Positions 14,801 to 28,031 of a stretch of DNA of 38,664 nucleotides are shown piece by piece. Each line of letters starts with the position of its first letter. The first letter of the stretch is position 1. The notes under the pieces are model-generated. The model was not told the origin of the DNA. It saw only the letters and a program-made list of their open reading frames with translations, and did not search any database. Origin of the DNA: Nemertoderma westbladi (taxonomy: Eukaryota; Animalia; Xenacoelomorpha); NCBI GenBank assembly GCA_032718475.1, contig JAUCBJ010002810.1:1-38664 (forward strand), written 5' to 3'. A program made the translations under genes and the position numbers.

Positions 14801-17800
14801 AACAGATACAGAGCTGTGTGTAACAGAATAAACAGATACAGAGTTGTGTGTAACAGAATAAACAGATACAGAGCTGTGAGTAACAGAATAAACAGATACA
14901 GAGCTGTGAGTAACACAATAAACAGAAACAGAGCTGTGTGTAACAGAATAAACAGATACAGAGTTGTGTGTAACAGAATAAACAGATACAGAGTTGTGTG
15001 TAACAGAATAAACAGATACAGAGTTGTGTGTAACAGAATAAACAGATACAGAGTTGTGTGTAACAGAATAAACAGATACAGAGCTGTGAGTAACAGAATA
15101 AACAGAAACAGAGCTGTGTGTAACAGAATAAACAGATACAGAGTTGTGTGTAACAGAATAAACAGATACAGAGTTGTGTGTAACAGAATAAACAGATACA
15201 GAGTTGTGTGTAACAGAATAAACAGATACAGAGTTGTGTGTAACAGAATAAACAGATACAGAGTTGTGTGTAACAGAATAAACAGATACAGAGTTGTGTG
15301 TAACAGAATAAACAGATACAGAGCTGTGAGTAACAGAATGAACAGAAACAGAGCTGTGTGTAACAGAATAAACAGATACAGAGCTGTGAGTAACAGAATA
15401 AACAGATACAGAGCTGTGAGTAACAGAATAAACAGATACAGAGCTGTGTGTAACAGAATAAACAGATACAGAGCTGTGAGTAACAGAATGAACAGAAACA
15501 GAGCTGTGTGTAACAGAATAAACAGATACAGAGCTGTGAGTAACAGAATAAACAGATACAGAGTTGTGAGTAACAGAATAAACAGATACAGAGTTGTGTG
15601 TAACAGAATAAACAGATACAGAGCTGTGTGTAACAGAATAAACAGATACAGAGCTGTGAGTAACAGAATAAACAGATACAGAGCTGTGAGTAACAGAATA
15701 AACAGATACAGAGTTGTGTGTAACAGAATAAACAGATACAGAGCTGTGTGTAACAGAATAAACAGATACAGAGCTGTGAGTAACAGAATAAACAGATACA
15801 GAGTTGTGAGTAACAGAATAAACAGATACAGAGCTGTGAGTAACAGAATAAACAGATACAGAGTTGTGAGTAACAGAATAAACAGAGCTGTGAGTAACAG
15901 AATAAACAGATACAGAGCTGTGTGTAACAGAATGAACAGAAACAGAGCTGTGTGTAACAGAATGAACAGAAACAGAGCTGTGTGTAACAGAATAAACAGA
16001 TACAGAGCTGTGTGTAACAGAATAAACAGATACAGAGCTGTGTGTAACAGAATAAACAGATACAGAGCTGTGAGTAACAGAATAAACAGATACAGAGTTG
16101 TGAGTAACAGAATAAACAGATACAGAGTTGTGTGTAACAGAATAAACAGATACAGAGCTGTGTGTAACAGAATAAACAGATACAGAGTTGTGAGTAACAG
16201 AATAAACAGATACAGAGCTGTGAGTAACAGAATAAACAGATACAGAGCTGTGTGTAACAGAATAAACAGATACAGAGTTGTGTGTAACAGAATAAACAGA
16301 TACAGAGCTGTGAGTAACAGAATAAACAGATACAGAGTTGTGAGTAACAGAATAAACAGATACAGAGTTGTGTGTAACAGAATAAACAGATACAGAGTTG
16401 TGAGTAACAGAATAAACAGATACAGAGCTGTGTGTAACAGAATAAACAGATACAGAGCTGTGAGTAACAGAATGAACAGATACAGAGCTGTGTGTAACAG
16501 AATAAACAGATACAGAGCTGTGTGTAACAGAATAAACAGATACAGAGTTGTGAGTAACAGAATAAACAGATACAGAGCTGTGTGTAACAGAATAAACAGA
16601 TACAGAGCTGTGAGTAACAGAATAAACAGATACAGAGTTGTGAGTAACAGAATAAACAGATACAGAGTTGTGTGTAACAGAATAAACAGATACAGAGCTG
16701 TGTGTAACAGAATAAACAGATACAGAGTTGTGAGTAACAGAATAAACAGATACAGAGCTGTGAGTAACAGAATAAACAGATACAGAGCTGTGAGTAACAG
16801 AATAAACAGATACAGAGCTGTGAGTAACAGAATAAACAGATACAGAGCTGTGTGTAACAGAATAAACAGATACAGAGTTGTGTGTAACAGAATGAACAGA
16901 AACAGAGCTGTGTGTAACAGAATGAACAGAAACAGAGCTGTGTGTAACAGAATAAACAGATACAGAGCTGTGTGTAACAGAATAAACAGATACAGAGCTG
17001 TGAGTAACAGAATAAACAGATACAGAGCTGTGTGTAACAGAATAAACAGATACAGAGCTGTGTGTAACAGAATGAACAGAAACAGAGCTGTGTGTAACAG
17101 AATGAACAGAAACAGAGCTGTGTGTAACAGAATAAACAGATACAGAGCTGTGTGTAACAGAATAAACAGATACAGAGCTGTGTGTAACAGAATAAACAGA
17201 TACAGAGCTGTGTGTAACAGAATGAACAGAAACAGAGCTGTGTGTAACAGAATAAACAGATACAGAGCTGTGAGTAACAGAATGAACAGAAACAGAGCTG
17301 TGTGTAACAGAATAAACAGATACAGAGCTGTGTGTAACAGAATAAACAGATACAGAGCTGTGTGTAACAGAATAAACAGATACAGAGTTGTGTGTAACAG
17401 AATAAACAGATACAGAGTTGTGTGTAACAGAATAAACAGATACAGAGCTGTGAGTAACAGAATGAACAGAAACAGAGCTGTGTGTAACAGAATAAACAGA
17501 TACAGAGTTGTGTGTAACAGAATAAACAGATACAGAGTTGTGTGTAACAGAATAAACAGATACAGAGTTGTGTGTAACAGAATAAACAGATACAGAGCTG
17601 TGAGTAACAGAATGAACAGAAACAGAGCTGTGTGTAACAGAATAAACAGATACAGAGTTGTGTGTAACAGAATAAACAGATACAGAGTTGTGTGTAACAG
17701 AATAAACAGATACAGAGTTGTGTGTAACAGAATAAACAGATACAGAGTTGTGTGTAACAGAATAAACAGATACAGAGCTGTGAGTAACAGAATGAACAGA

Positions 17801-20800
17801 AACAGAGCTGTGTGTAACAGAATAAACAGATACAGAGCTGTGTGTAACAGAATAAACAGATACAGAGTTGTGAGTAACAGAATAAACAGATACAGAGCTG
17901 TGAGTAACAGAATAAACAGATACAGAGTTGTGTGTAACAGAATAAACAGATACAGAGCTGTGAGTAACAGAATGAACAGAAACAGAGCTGTGTGTAACAG
18001 AATAAACAGATACAGAGTTGTGTGTAACAGAATAAACAGATACAGAGCTGTGAGTAACAGAATGAACAGAAACAGAGCTGTGTGTAACAGAATAAACAGA
18101 TACAGAGCTGTGTGTAACAGAATAAACAGATACAGAGTTGTGAGTAACAGAATAAACAGATACAGAGCTGTGAGTAACAGAATAAACAGATACAGAGTTG
18201 TGTGTAACAGAATAAACAGATACAGAGCTGTGAGTAACAGAATGAACAGAAACAGAGCTGTGTGTAACAGAATAAACAGATACAGAGCTGTGTGTAACAG
18301 AATAAACAGATACAGAGTTGTGTGTAACAGAATAAACAGATACAGAGCTGTGAGTAACAGAATGAACAGAAACAGAGCTGTGTGTAACAGAATAAACAGA
18401 TACAGAGTTGTGTGTAACAGAATAAACAGATACAGAGTTGTGTGTAACAGAATAAACAGATACAGAGTTGTGTGTAACAGAATAAACAGATACAGAGCTG
18501 TGAGTAACAGAATGAACAGAAACAGAGCTGTGTGTAACAGAATAAACAGATACAGAGTTGTGTGTAACAGAATAAACAGATACAGAGTTGTGTGTAACAG
18601 AATAAACAGATACAGAGTTGTGTGTAACAGAATAAACAGATACAGAGTTGTGTGTAACAGAATAAACAGATACAGAGCTGTGAGTAACAGAATGAACAGA
18701 AACAGAGCTGTGTGTAACAGAATAAACAGATACAGAGCTGTGTGTAACAGAATAAACAGATACAGAGTTGTGAGTAACAGAATAAACAGATACAGAGCTG
18801 TGAGTAACAGAATAAACAGATACAGAGCTGTGAGTAACAGAATAAACAGATACAGAGCTGTGTGTAACAGAATAAACAGATACAGAGTTGTGAGTAACAG
18901 AATAAACAGATACAGAGCTGTGTGTAACAGAATAAACAGATACAGAGTTGTGAGTAACAGAATAAACAGATACAGAGCTGTGAGTAACAGAATAAACAGA
19001 GCTGTGTGTAACAGAATAAACAGATACAGAGCTGTGAGTAACAGAATAAACAGAGCTGTGTGTAACAGAATAAACAGATACAGAGCTGTGAGTAACAGAA
19101 TAAACAGATACAGAGCTGTGAGTAACAGAATAAACAGAGCTGTGAGTAACAGAATAAACAGATACAGAGCTGTGAGTAACAGAATAAACAGAGCTGTGAG
19201 TAACAGAATAAACAGATACAGAGCTGTGAGTAACAGAATAAACAGATACAGAGCTGTGAGTAACAGAATAAACAGATACAGAGCTGTGAGTAACAGAATA
19301 AACAGATACAGAGTTGTGAGTAACAGAATAAACAGATACAGAGCTGTGAGTAACAGAATAAACAGTTACAGAGTTGTGAGTAACAGAATAAACAGATACA
19401 GAGTTGTGAGTAACAGAATAAACAGATACAGAGCTGTGAGTAACAGAATAAACAGATACAGAGTTGTGAGTAACAGAATAAACAGATACAGAGCTGTGAG
19501 TAACAGAATAAACAGATACAGAGCTGTGAGTAACAGAATAAACAGATACAGAGCTGTGAGTAACAGAATAAACAGATACAGAGTTGTGTGTAACAGAATA
19601 AACAGATACAGAGTTGTGTGTAACAGAATAAACAGATACAGAGCTGTGAGTAACAGAATGAACAGAAACAGAGCTGTGTGTAACAGAATAAACAGATACA
19701 GAGTTGTGTGTAACAGAATAAACAGATACAGAGTTGTGTGTAACAGAATAAACAGATACAGAGTTGTGTGTAACAGAATAAACAGATACAGAGTTGTGTG
19801 TAACAGAATAAACAGATACAGAGCTGTGAGTAACAGAATGAACAGAAACAGAGCTGTGTGTAACAGAATAAACAGATACAGAGCTGTGTGTAACAGAATA
19901 AACAGATACAGAGTTGTGAGTAACAGAATAAACAGATACAGAGCTGTGAGTAACAGAATAAACAGATACAGAGCTGTGAGTAACAGAATAAACAGATACA
20001 GAGCTGTGTGTAACAGAATAAACAGATACAGAGTTGTGAGTAACAGAATAAACAGAGCTGTGAGTAACAGAATAAACAGATACAGAGCTGTGAGTAACAG
20101 AATAAACAGAGCTGTGAGTAACAGAATAAACAGATACAGAGCTGTGAGTAACAGAATAAACAGAGCTGTGAGTAACAGAATAAACAGATACAGAGCTGTG
20201 AGTAACAGAATAAACAGATACAGAGCTGTGAGTAACAGAATAAACAGATACAGAGCTGTGAGTAACAGAATAAACAGATACAGAGTTGTGAGTAACAGAA
20301 TAAACAGATACAGAGCTGTGAGTAACAGAATAAACAGTTACAGAGTTGTGAGTAACAGAATAAACAGATACAGAGTTGTGAGTAACAGAATAAACAGATA
20401 CAGAGCTGTGAGTAACAGAATAAACAGATACAGAGTTGTGAGTAACAGAATAAACAGATACAGAGCTGTGAGTAACAGAATAAACAGATACAGAGCTGTG
20501 AGTAACAGAATAAACAGATACAGAGCTGTGAGTAACAGAATAAACAGATACAGAGCTGTGAGTAACAGAATAAACAGATACAGAGCTGTGAGTAACAGAA
20601 TAAACAGATACAGAGCTGTGAGTAACAGAATAAACAGATACAGAGCTGTGAGTAACAGAATAAACAGATACAGAGCTGTGAGTAACAGAATAAACAGATA
20701 CAGAGCTGTGAGTAACAGAATAAACAGATACAGAGCTGTGATTAACAGAATAAATAGATACAGAGTTGTGAGTAACAGAATAAACAGATACAGAGCTGTG

Positions 20801-21345
20801 AGTAACAGAATAAACAGATACAGAGCTGTGAGTAACAGAATAAACAGATACAGAGCTGTGAGTAACAGAATAAACAGATACAGAGCTGTGAGTAACAGAA
20901 TAAACAGATACAGAGTTGTGAGTAACAGAATAAACAGATACAGAGTTGTGTGTAACAGAATAAACAGATACAGAGCTGTGATTAACAGAATAAATAGATA
21001 CAGAGCTGTGAGTAACAGAATAAACAGATACAGAGTTGTGAGTAACAGAATAAACAGATACAGAGCTGTGAGTAACAGAATAAACAGATACAGAGCTGTG
21101 ATTAACAGAATAAATAGATACAGAGCTGTGAGTAACAGAATAAACAGATACAGAGTTGTGTGTAACAGAATAAACAGATACAGAGCTGTGTGTAACAGAA
21201 TAAACAGATACAGAGCTGTGAGTAACAGAATAAACAGATACAGAGTTGTGAGTAACAGAATAAACAGATACAGAGCTGTGTGTAACAGAATAAACAGATA
21301 CAGAGCTGTGAGTAACAGAATAAACAGATACAGAGTTGTGTGTAA
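5851..21345. repeat. ~15.5 kb tandem array of 30-bp units (about 520 copies, some 24-bp deletion variants) filling the last PAK intron
   Basis: Plus-strand consensus CAGATACAGAG(C/T)TGTG(A/T)GTAACAGAATAAA repeated without interruption. The unit is homologous to the PAK intron/last-exon junction at 5851-5880. Confidence 0.98.
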
Positions 21346-21519
21346 TGCTCCCATTTAACTAACAAAATTATCGTGGGGCCTTGGCGCAGGACGAATTCAG
21401 CAACCTTTACGTGTCCCACCACTACTCCAACTGTTTCCTAGTCGCCCTCAAGCGGGGACTGGAGGACTGCTTCCTCCGCCCACGCCAATTATATTATATT
21501 TCAGACTTTCGACAAACTA

Positions 21520-21670
21520 CATGTGTACCAACTACCAAGCTTGGTTTCGTATCATTAAATATTGACGGAGTTATTAATAAGCCTTCATAAATTAGTGCGA
21601 CAGACAGACCCACTGACAGTTGAACCAACTGTAGTTGGCTAGGATGGCTCACTTCGCGGTTAGCACCACA
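21520..21670 (+). repeat. Short interspersed repeat fragment, related to the sequence at 1-70
   Basis: GCGACAGACAGAC ... GCTCACTTCGCGGTTAGCACCACA resembles CGACAGAACGACAG ... CTCACTTCGTGGCTCGCCCCACA at the window start. Family not assignable. Confidence 0.3.
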
Positions 21671-21866
21671 TACAGGTATCGGTAACGAATAGGCCCATGT
21701 TGATGCTCTATCGAATCATATTATAAAATTAGAGAAATTCCACCAAAAAACAATATCTAAGAATAAAACTATAGAGACATACTTGTTGCAAAGTTCATTA
21801 AAATTATATATATTGAAACTTCATCAGATTTCCAATATAGCAGCTTATAGTACCCAATACAACTCA

Positions 21867-22082
<216 letters not shown>

Positions 22083-22156
22083 TTAACGGTTATAATATTG
22101 TGAATTCCGATTCGTTGTATTTTATCCCTGTGAGATTCGAGATAAACTAGGACTCA

Positions 22157-22390
<234 letters not shown>

Positions 22391-22597
22391 TTAATTGTTA
22401 TTGAATCAACTATATATCAAACTAAAATTCTGAGAGTTATTTTGGATTTAGGAAGCTGATATACCACTCAGCATCATTAATAAATACTGTAAATTACTGT
22501 ACAATAACAAGTAATAGACTGTTTGAATAAAATCATATAATATGATTAATTCTTGATTAGCAAATAACATTGTCAAATATTTCTAAGCACGACATAC

Positions 22598-22757
22598 CGG
22601 CCAGGTACTCCATTACAACCCAGAGGTCTTCGTTGACCAGATAACTGTCAAGATAGTTGACAACATTGGCGTTCCTGTTTTCTCTCATAACAAGAATTTC
22701 GTTAATAATCAGTTCTTTTTTAGCTTGTTGTTGGAGATTCATCTGTTTTATGGCCAC
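22598..22757 (-). CDS. PAK: PAK kinase exon (VAIK lysine, alphaC, hinge)
   Basis: 160 bp exon encoding [53 protein letters not shown](G). Acceptor TTTCTCAG, donor GTATGT. Phase 0/1. Confidence 0.95.
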
Positions 22758-22856
22758 CTGAGAAATAACAAGATAATGATCGCTAAACTATATTAAAACG
22801 GAAAACAAACTCTCAGACATTGGCAATTGGTTAGGACATAAAAATTTGAGAGACCT

Positions 22857-22918
22857 GGCCCATGTTGAGTATACTAGACTTTTTGTTGTTATATTTCACT
22901 TTGAAGGTTACCCATGTG
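22857..22918 (+). repeat. Diverged left-end fragment of the MITE family seen at 37153
   Basis: GGCCCATGTTGAGTATACTAGACTTTTTGTTGTTATATTTCACTTTGAAGGTTACCCATGTG aligns with 37153-37215. Confidence 0.6.
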
Positions 22919-23469
22919 CATGGCCATGTGAAGGTTGTTGTGAAGGATGTTTCGAGACATCAAAATTCATCCCTCTACAGAGCGGGAAAATCGGCGCAAA
23001 TAACAGCTGATTAATCTTTATAGTTTTGGTTAGAATAACGTGTCACTGTAACCTGATCCTTTCCCTTAATTGGTTATTTAATATTGGGACGAAATAAGAT
23101 AACCAGAGCGCACGGAGGCGCAACATCCGGACAAGCCGGCATTTATTTATGTTAATTTAAAAGGGAAGTACAAAATAAAATAAAATAGCAGAAGTATATA
23201 AAATAGCACTGTTAGTAAAATAATTGATATGACATTTGAGGATAATTAAAACAGACTGCTACTACTAAGCCATTCATAATAAATGAATAAAAACAGGATC
23301 ATCTAAAAGAGCTATGCTCGTAAGTTCAGGTAAAATTACTGATTGTATTCGGTTCATTAAAGACTCAATAATTACTAGTTATAGTTCATACATGATAAAT
23401 CAAAATAGGATACGATCCAGCAATCACGTCACCCTAACTTTATTTATCCAGTTAAAATATTATTCTATC

Positions 23470-26452
23470 CTATGATGACGCGTTTTGAAAGGCAACGACT
23501 GCGAATAGCACTGCAAAATAAAATCGCGGTCGGATTCCTCCGCCATTGAGTGCTGCAGGTTCTAGAAGCTTATATAGTGAGCATTTACTATACTGGTAGC
23601 ACAAAATTGAGCTCAAAGTGGGGATAGCATACTTTTGAGAACATTTTTCAAAAACTGAGCCCAGTCCTACATAAAGGTTATTTGTTGTCCCAGACAAGTT
23701 AGCCTGTAATGCAATACGCAGGATGGACTGTAATAAAACATTTGGGCACTTATTTACTCTGGTTAATGTTCCGACACAAAGTCTATACATTTCCACGCTA
23801 AAATCGTTGCATCCGAGTAATGCAAGGGTTACGTTGTTGCTTGAATAAGGTCCCACGAAAAGTAAACCTCGCAGAGTCTTCCGGTAATAAGAGTCAAGTT
23901 CAGCGATTTCTTTTGAACATAGCGAACCAATAAGATAGCGCGATGAGTAGGATATGGTTGGTACAGCTATGGACCGCCACAGGTATTGGGATACCTGTGG
24001 CGCAATCGAGTCAGCGCGCATTCCACCCATTTCGATGAAATAAATCCGACATTATGGCTATCGAGCAGATGCAATCCTGGAGGCTGTTGCGACGTGAATG
24101 TACAATGGGGAAGCCCAAAAAGGTCATGTCATCTGATCGTCGAACTAATATTCCATTGATGCACATAAATGTAGGGACATTTTCACATGTGTAATCATTA
24201 CCATAGCTTGACCACTTTGTTTTGCTCATCTCAATCTCCAGTTTCACTTTATTCATTTCAATGTTGAAAATATCAGCAGCCAATGTCAGTTCGGTGACAG
24301 ATGTTGCAGTGAGCAGTATATCATCAGCATATGCTATGATGCCCAGCCAAATGAGCCCAACGATGGACCCAAATCCGTTTAAGGTTAGGATATCCAGAAC
24401 ATCCTTCATATAAAGAAGAAACAGTAAAGGTGACAACAGTGACCCCTGCTTGACTCCACGTACCAGGTTGATCCCACAAACATCTATCTCGTCGGCAACC
24501 TTGAGAAAGGCACAAGTAGATTCATAATACGCTAGTAGAACTAGGCAGATGTAAGGGTTTTATCTCTTTTAGTTTACGGAACAGTAGAACAAAGTCGAGG
24601 CTACCAAATGCGCCAGAAATGTCCATTTGACAAAGGAAGACATTGGTGCCGGTTCTGCACTGGGACTCTAAGAATTCTAGGATAGTGCTGATAATTAGAT
24701 CTGCCCCCAGCTTTTTCTGGTAAGCGAGTTGCTGTTGTGGAATAAAATCCGTCAAGGAGAAATATTCGTGTAGAATCACAGATTCAAATTTCTTCTCGAA
24801 AATGCAGACTGTAGCAATTGGTCTATATGACTTTGACACATTGATGTTGCAGCCTTTTCCTTTATATATGTGTGTCAAAATGGTTTCCCCATGAATTCCG
24901 GCGTGTGACCAGTTCTAAAACAAGAATTGATTAAATCCGCAAGAGCAGAGCTAATGATTTGTGCGTCAAGGGACAGAAAGTGTTCTACGGAGAAGGAATG
25001 ATTTTCAGGTGACTTCCCCTTGGCCAGCGATGATATACATTCTGAACACATACACTCTGAACAGCTAAAGGTGAAACTGTTGGCACAAATGAGTTTGCAC
25101 ATTGTTGTCTAAGTTCCCTCTTTAGTTGATCTACGGAGGGAGAATAGTCACTACTCTTTTGATGGGTATTTCTGAGATCCTGTCTGATGGCATTCACAGC
25201 TGTTTGAGGCAGTTTATCGGAACGCTGTTTTGAATTGAAGTGCTGCCGGAACTTTCTCGGATTTGATTTAGAAGTGCTCGCAATATGTGAGATTTCGTTT
25301 TTCACCATAGATTTTGTTACCCAGTTCTTTAGACGCCACAGGGAGCGCTTCGACTCTTTAAGTGCGTTGCCATTGATACTGTTGGTTGGCTTCCCCTCGC
25401 AGAGCCATAAATTGTTGACAGACCTTCGATCTTTCCTTAATTTCCGTTGACCTGATCCTTAAGATTTTTTGTTTTCCTCCTGTCCTTCGAAGTGGGCAGG
25501 TACCTTGAGGAAGCATTGTGCAGATTATGTCATAGGGTCATTGCAAATGACAGACCCTTCGGCATATAGATTATTTAGACACTCTGACAAATTGTTTCGA
25601 TACCTAGAAAGTTGTTGTTTATTTACTCTCGTCCACTGTATGCGAGCTAGAGCAGATCTAGATTTAATTCTGTCCGCTGATTCTACATGATTTGAACATA
25701 ACCTGGAGAGATCGACTGTAGCAACTACTGGAACGTGATCAGATAAGTTTGTGGGGTTTGTTTTGTAAACACAACGATTAACAACATTGGACATGACTTC
25801 TGAAGTGCTAAGAATGTGGTCAATGTAGGAAGAGCCTTGACCTTTAAATGTGACTGTTGGACCGTCGAAGGGGCTGTAGGTGTCTAGGGCCAGTAAGCCC
25901 TGCTCCTGCAGGAATTGATGAAGTCGAATCCCCCGAGCCGTAGCCTTTTCTCTATTCCAACGAGGACCCTGGAGAGCACCCAGATCAGAGTTGAAATCGG
26001 AGAGGATAAATGGTGTTGCATGTTGATTAATATCCAAAATATTTGAGAGCCTGCCAAGGAACTCCTCAAAAACAGAGTCAGGTTTGGACGAGTCGGGTGC
26101 ATATCCAGAAACGAACAATAGAGGCCGGTAAAAACCCAATATGGAGCCCATGACACCCACAATGTCGTCAGATGAAGACACTACACTGAATTTGTTGCAA
26201 ACACTATAAGTATAAGTAGACATACACCTCCAGCACCACGTTTACGTGATGGGTTTTCAATAGATCACTCACAAGGTGAACACAGCCGAAGTCCGGGCGT
26301 ATTTATGCTAGGATACTATATGCCTCGACTCCGTGAAGCTAATGTTCCTGAATAGCAAGTACGTCTAGCACACCTAATAACTGTGAGATGTAGTCGATAT
26401 TACTAATAATTCCACAACAGATTTAAGTACCAATCCGTATATGTTAAGCCAT
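23470..26452 (-). pseudogene. LINE ORF2 (apurinic endonuclease + reverse transcriptase), disrupted
   Basis: Endonuclease motifs IGT..CCGI, DVLAIQEH, GYAP, SDFN, SYIDHIL, LSDHVPV. RT motifs KGKSP, SYRPIA, QQLAYQ, DISGAFGSL, GVKQGSLLSPLLF, IIAYADDILL, FLG. Confidence 0.88.
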
Positions 26453-26499
26453 ATTATTTTAGTTTATAGGAGTGCCTAGGGTGATGAGATTGCTGGAGG

Positions 26500-27840
26500 G
26501 GTGTGTCAAAAATGATTCAGGTACACTTTGTCCTTAGTGCGGATGTTTTTATGATTGCGATATTCGAAGTTTGGATGAGGCCATTGGGGGTATCTACCAT
26601 GATCAGCGAGAGTTTGCAGTCAAACATTGGAGCGTCGATGTGCTGGAATGGCTGAGATTGTTGCAAATTAAATTTGGAATTTCTGTGCGCATAATCGTGG
26701 GGCAACCCATTTCTTAGGTGACAGGGTGAGTCCTTAATATTGGGGTCTTGTGGATCCAAGTTGAACTGGGAACTACAATGTGCATAGTCATAGGGCACAG
26801 TATGTATCGACCTTGAGTTTGACCCTTGTAACTCATTACTAATAATATAGTTTAGATCCCAGTGTTGAGTGGGACCATAGTTAGCTCCACAGTTTGGTGT
26901 TGCTAGGCCTTGATTAGTCCTCTTATTGGTTGTTCACTCACAACATTTACTTCCACTTGGCCAGAAATTCGCACTACAAAGACGATTTTGATCCATCTTG
27001 TTTACGGTTATGCGTATGCTATTGGATTGACTATCCATCTGATTCAGTGTACCATGATTTTCCTGCTGGACAAGTAGTTACGGATTTGCGATTCGCTTGT
27101 ATGTTGAGGAAGTCCACTGACATATAGATACGAATAAGGGTAATCAACACGCTGGTGTCTTGGAACTGACAGCTTATTCTGGCTTACTGGCCGACGTTCG
27201 TGTGTGTTTTTATCTCTAGGCTCAACTTGAAAATTCAGCGCCTCGCAGTATTTCTTCATATGAGTATTTGGATTTCCCTTTCTCCGGTCGCTATTTTCCC
27301 CATATGAATGACATATTGGATCGACAGTGTTAGGCGTTGTCTTCACTGAGTTCAGCCGGCCCTGCTTGGGGTTTGTATACTCAACTGGTAGACCTTTGAA
27401 ACGGTTGCTAGTGGATATAGCAGTTGTGGTTGGCAGATGTTGGTTAAGACCAGAGTGATTCACCTTTTTAGTTTTCTGTTCAAACCATGTGTTTTCGGTT
27501 ATTTGATTAGTGGGTTTGTCACAGTCGGCTGACTGTAAGGGACTTCCGGGAGAATGTTCCAGTTTAGTCTGTTTGTTGATAGAAGCCTCTAGAATTAGCT
27601 GTGAGTGCCGCTCATGTGCCAGATCATCTCGCAACTTCTTCATCTCAATCTGCAGTTGATCGTTCTGAAATTCTGTTTCGGTATGTCGAGATTGCAAAGT
27701 ATCTACTGACTTTATAAGGTCATGATGGAGGACATCATTCGATTCTGGCCCTCCCATATCTATGGAGGTGTACTTGAGACGCTTGCGGCATTTCTCCGTG
27801 AATCTTGTTTCTTTCAGACAAATCATGAGTTCATACACAA
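26500..27840 (-). pseudogene. LINE ORF1 C-terminal part (coiled coil + RRM-like), disrupted
   Basis: ORF 27044-27838 has a heptad-like stretch (LQIEMKKLRDDLAHE), the ISTSNRFKGL motif common in LINE ORF1s, and an RNP2-like LYVSGL. Lies directly upstream of ORF2. Confidence 0.55.
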
Positions 27841-28031
27841 CACATCCACTGCATAGTCCCTGTCGTTCTGATGTGCAGGGAATGCCAGGCTGACAGATCG
27901 ATTGGGGTTTGCTAGGGCTTTAACCTCCTGAAACATAGCTTTTCTTAGGAGGTTTAGTTTACAAGTCCCAAATGTTTCAAGTTTTTTCATAACTACCTTT
28001 CTTGATTTATTTAACAGGTGGGTGAAATCGG

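Noticed and set aside
5851-21345. CRISPR array or telomeric/centromeric repeat
   Set aside because: No unique spacers and no cas genes, the context is eukaryotic, and the unit derives from the adjacent splice junction.
5645-21358. Giant ORFs of 960-4274 aa ([20 protein letters not shown] and [10 protein letters not shown] repeats)
   Set aside because: They are translations of a stop-poor 30-bp unit that is open in several frames on both strands and lies inside a well-defined GT-AG intron. Only 5638-5863 is real coding sequence.
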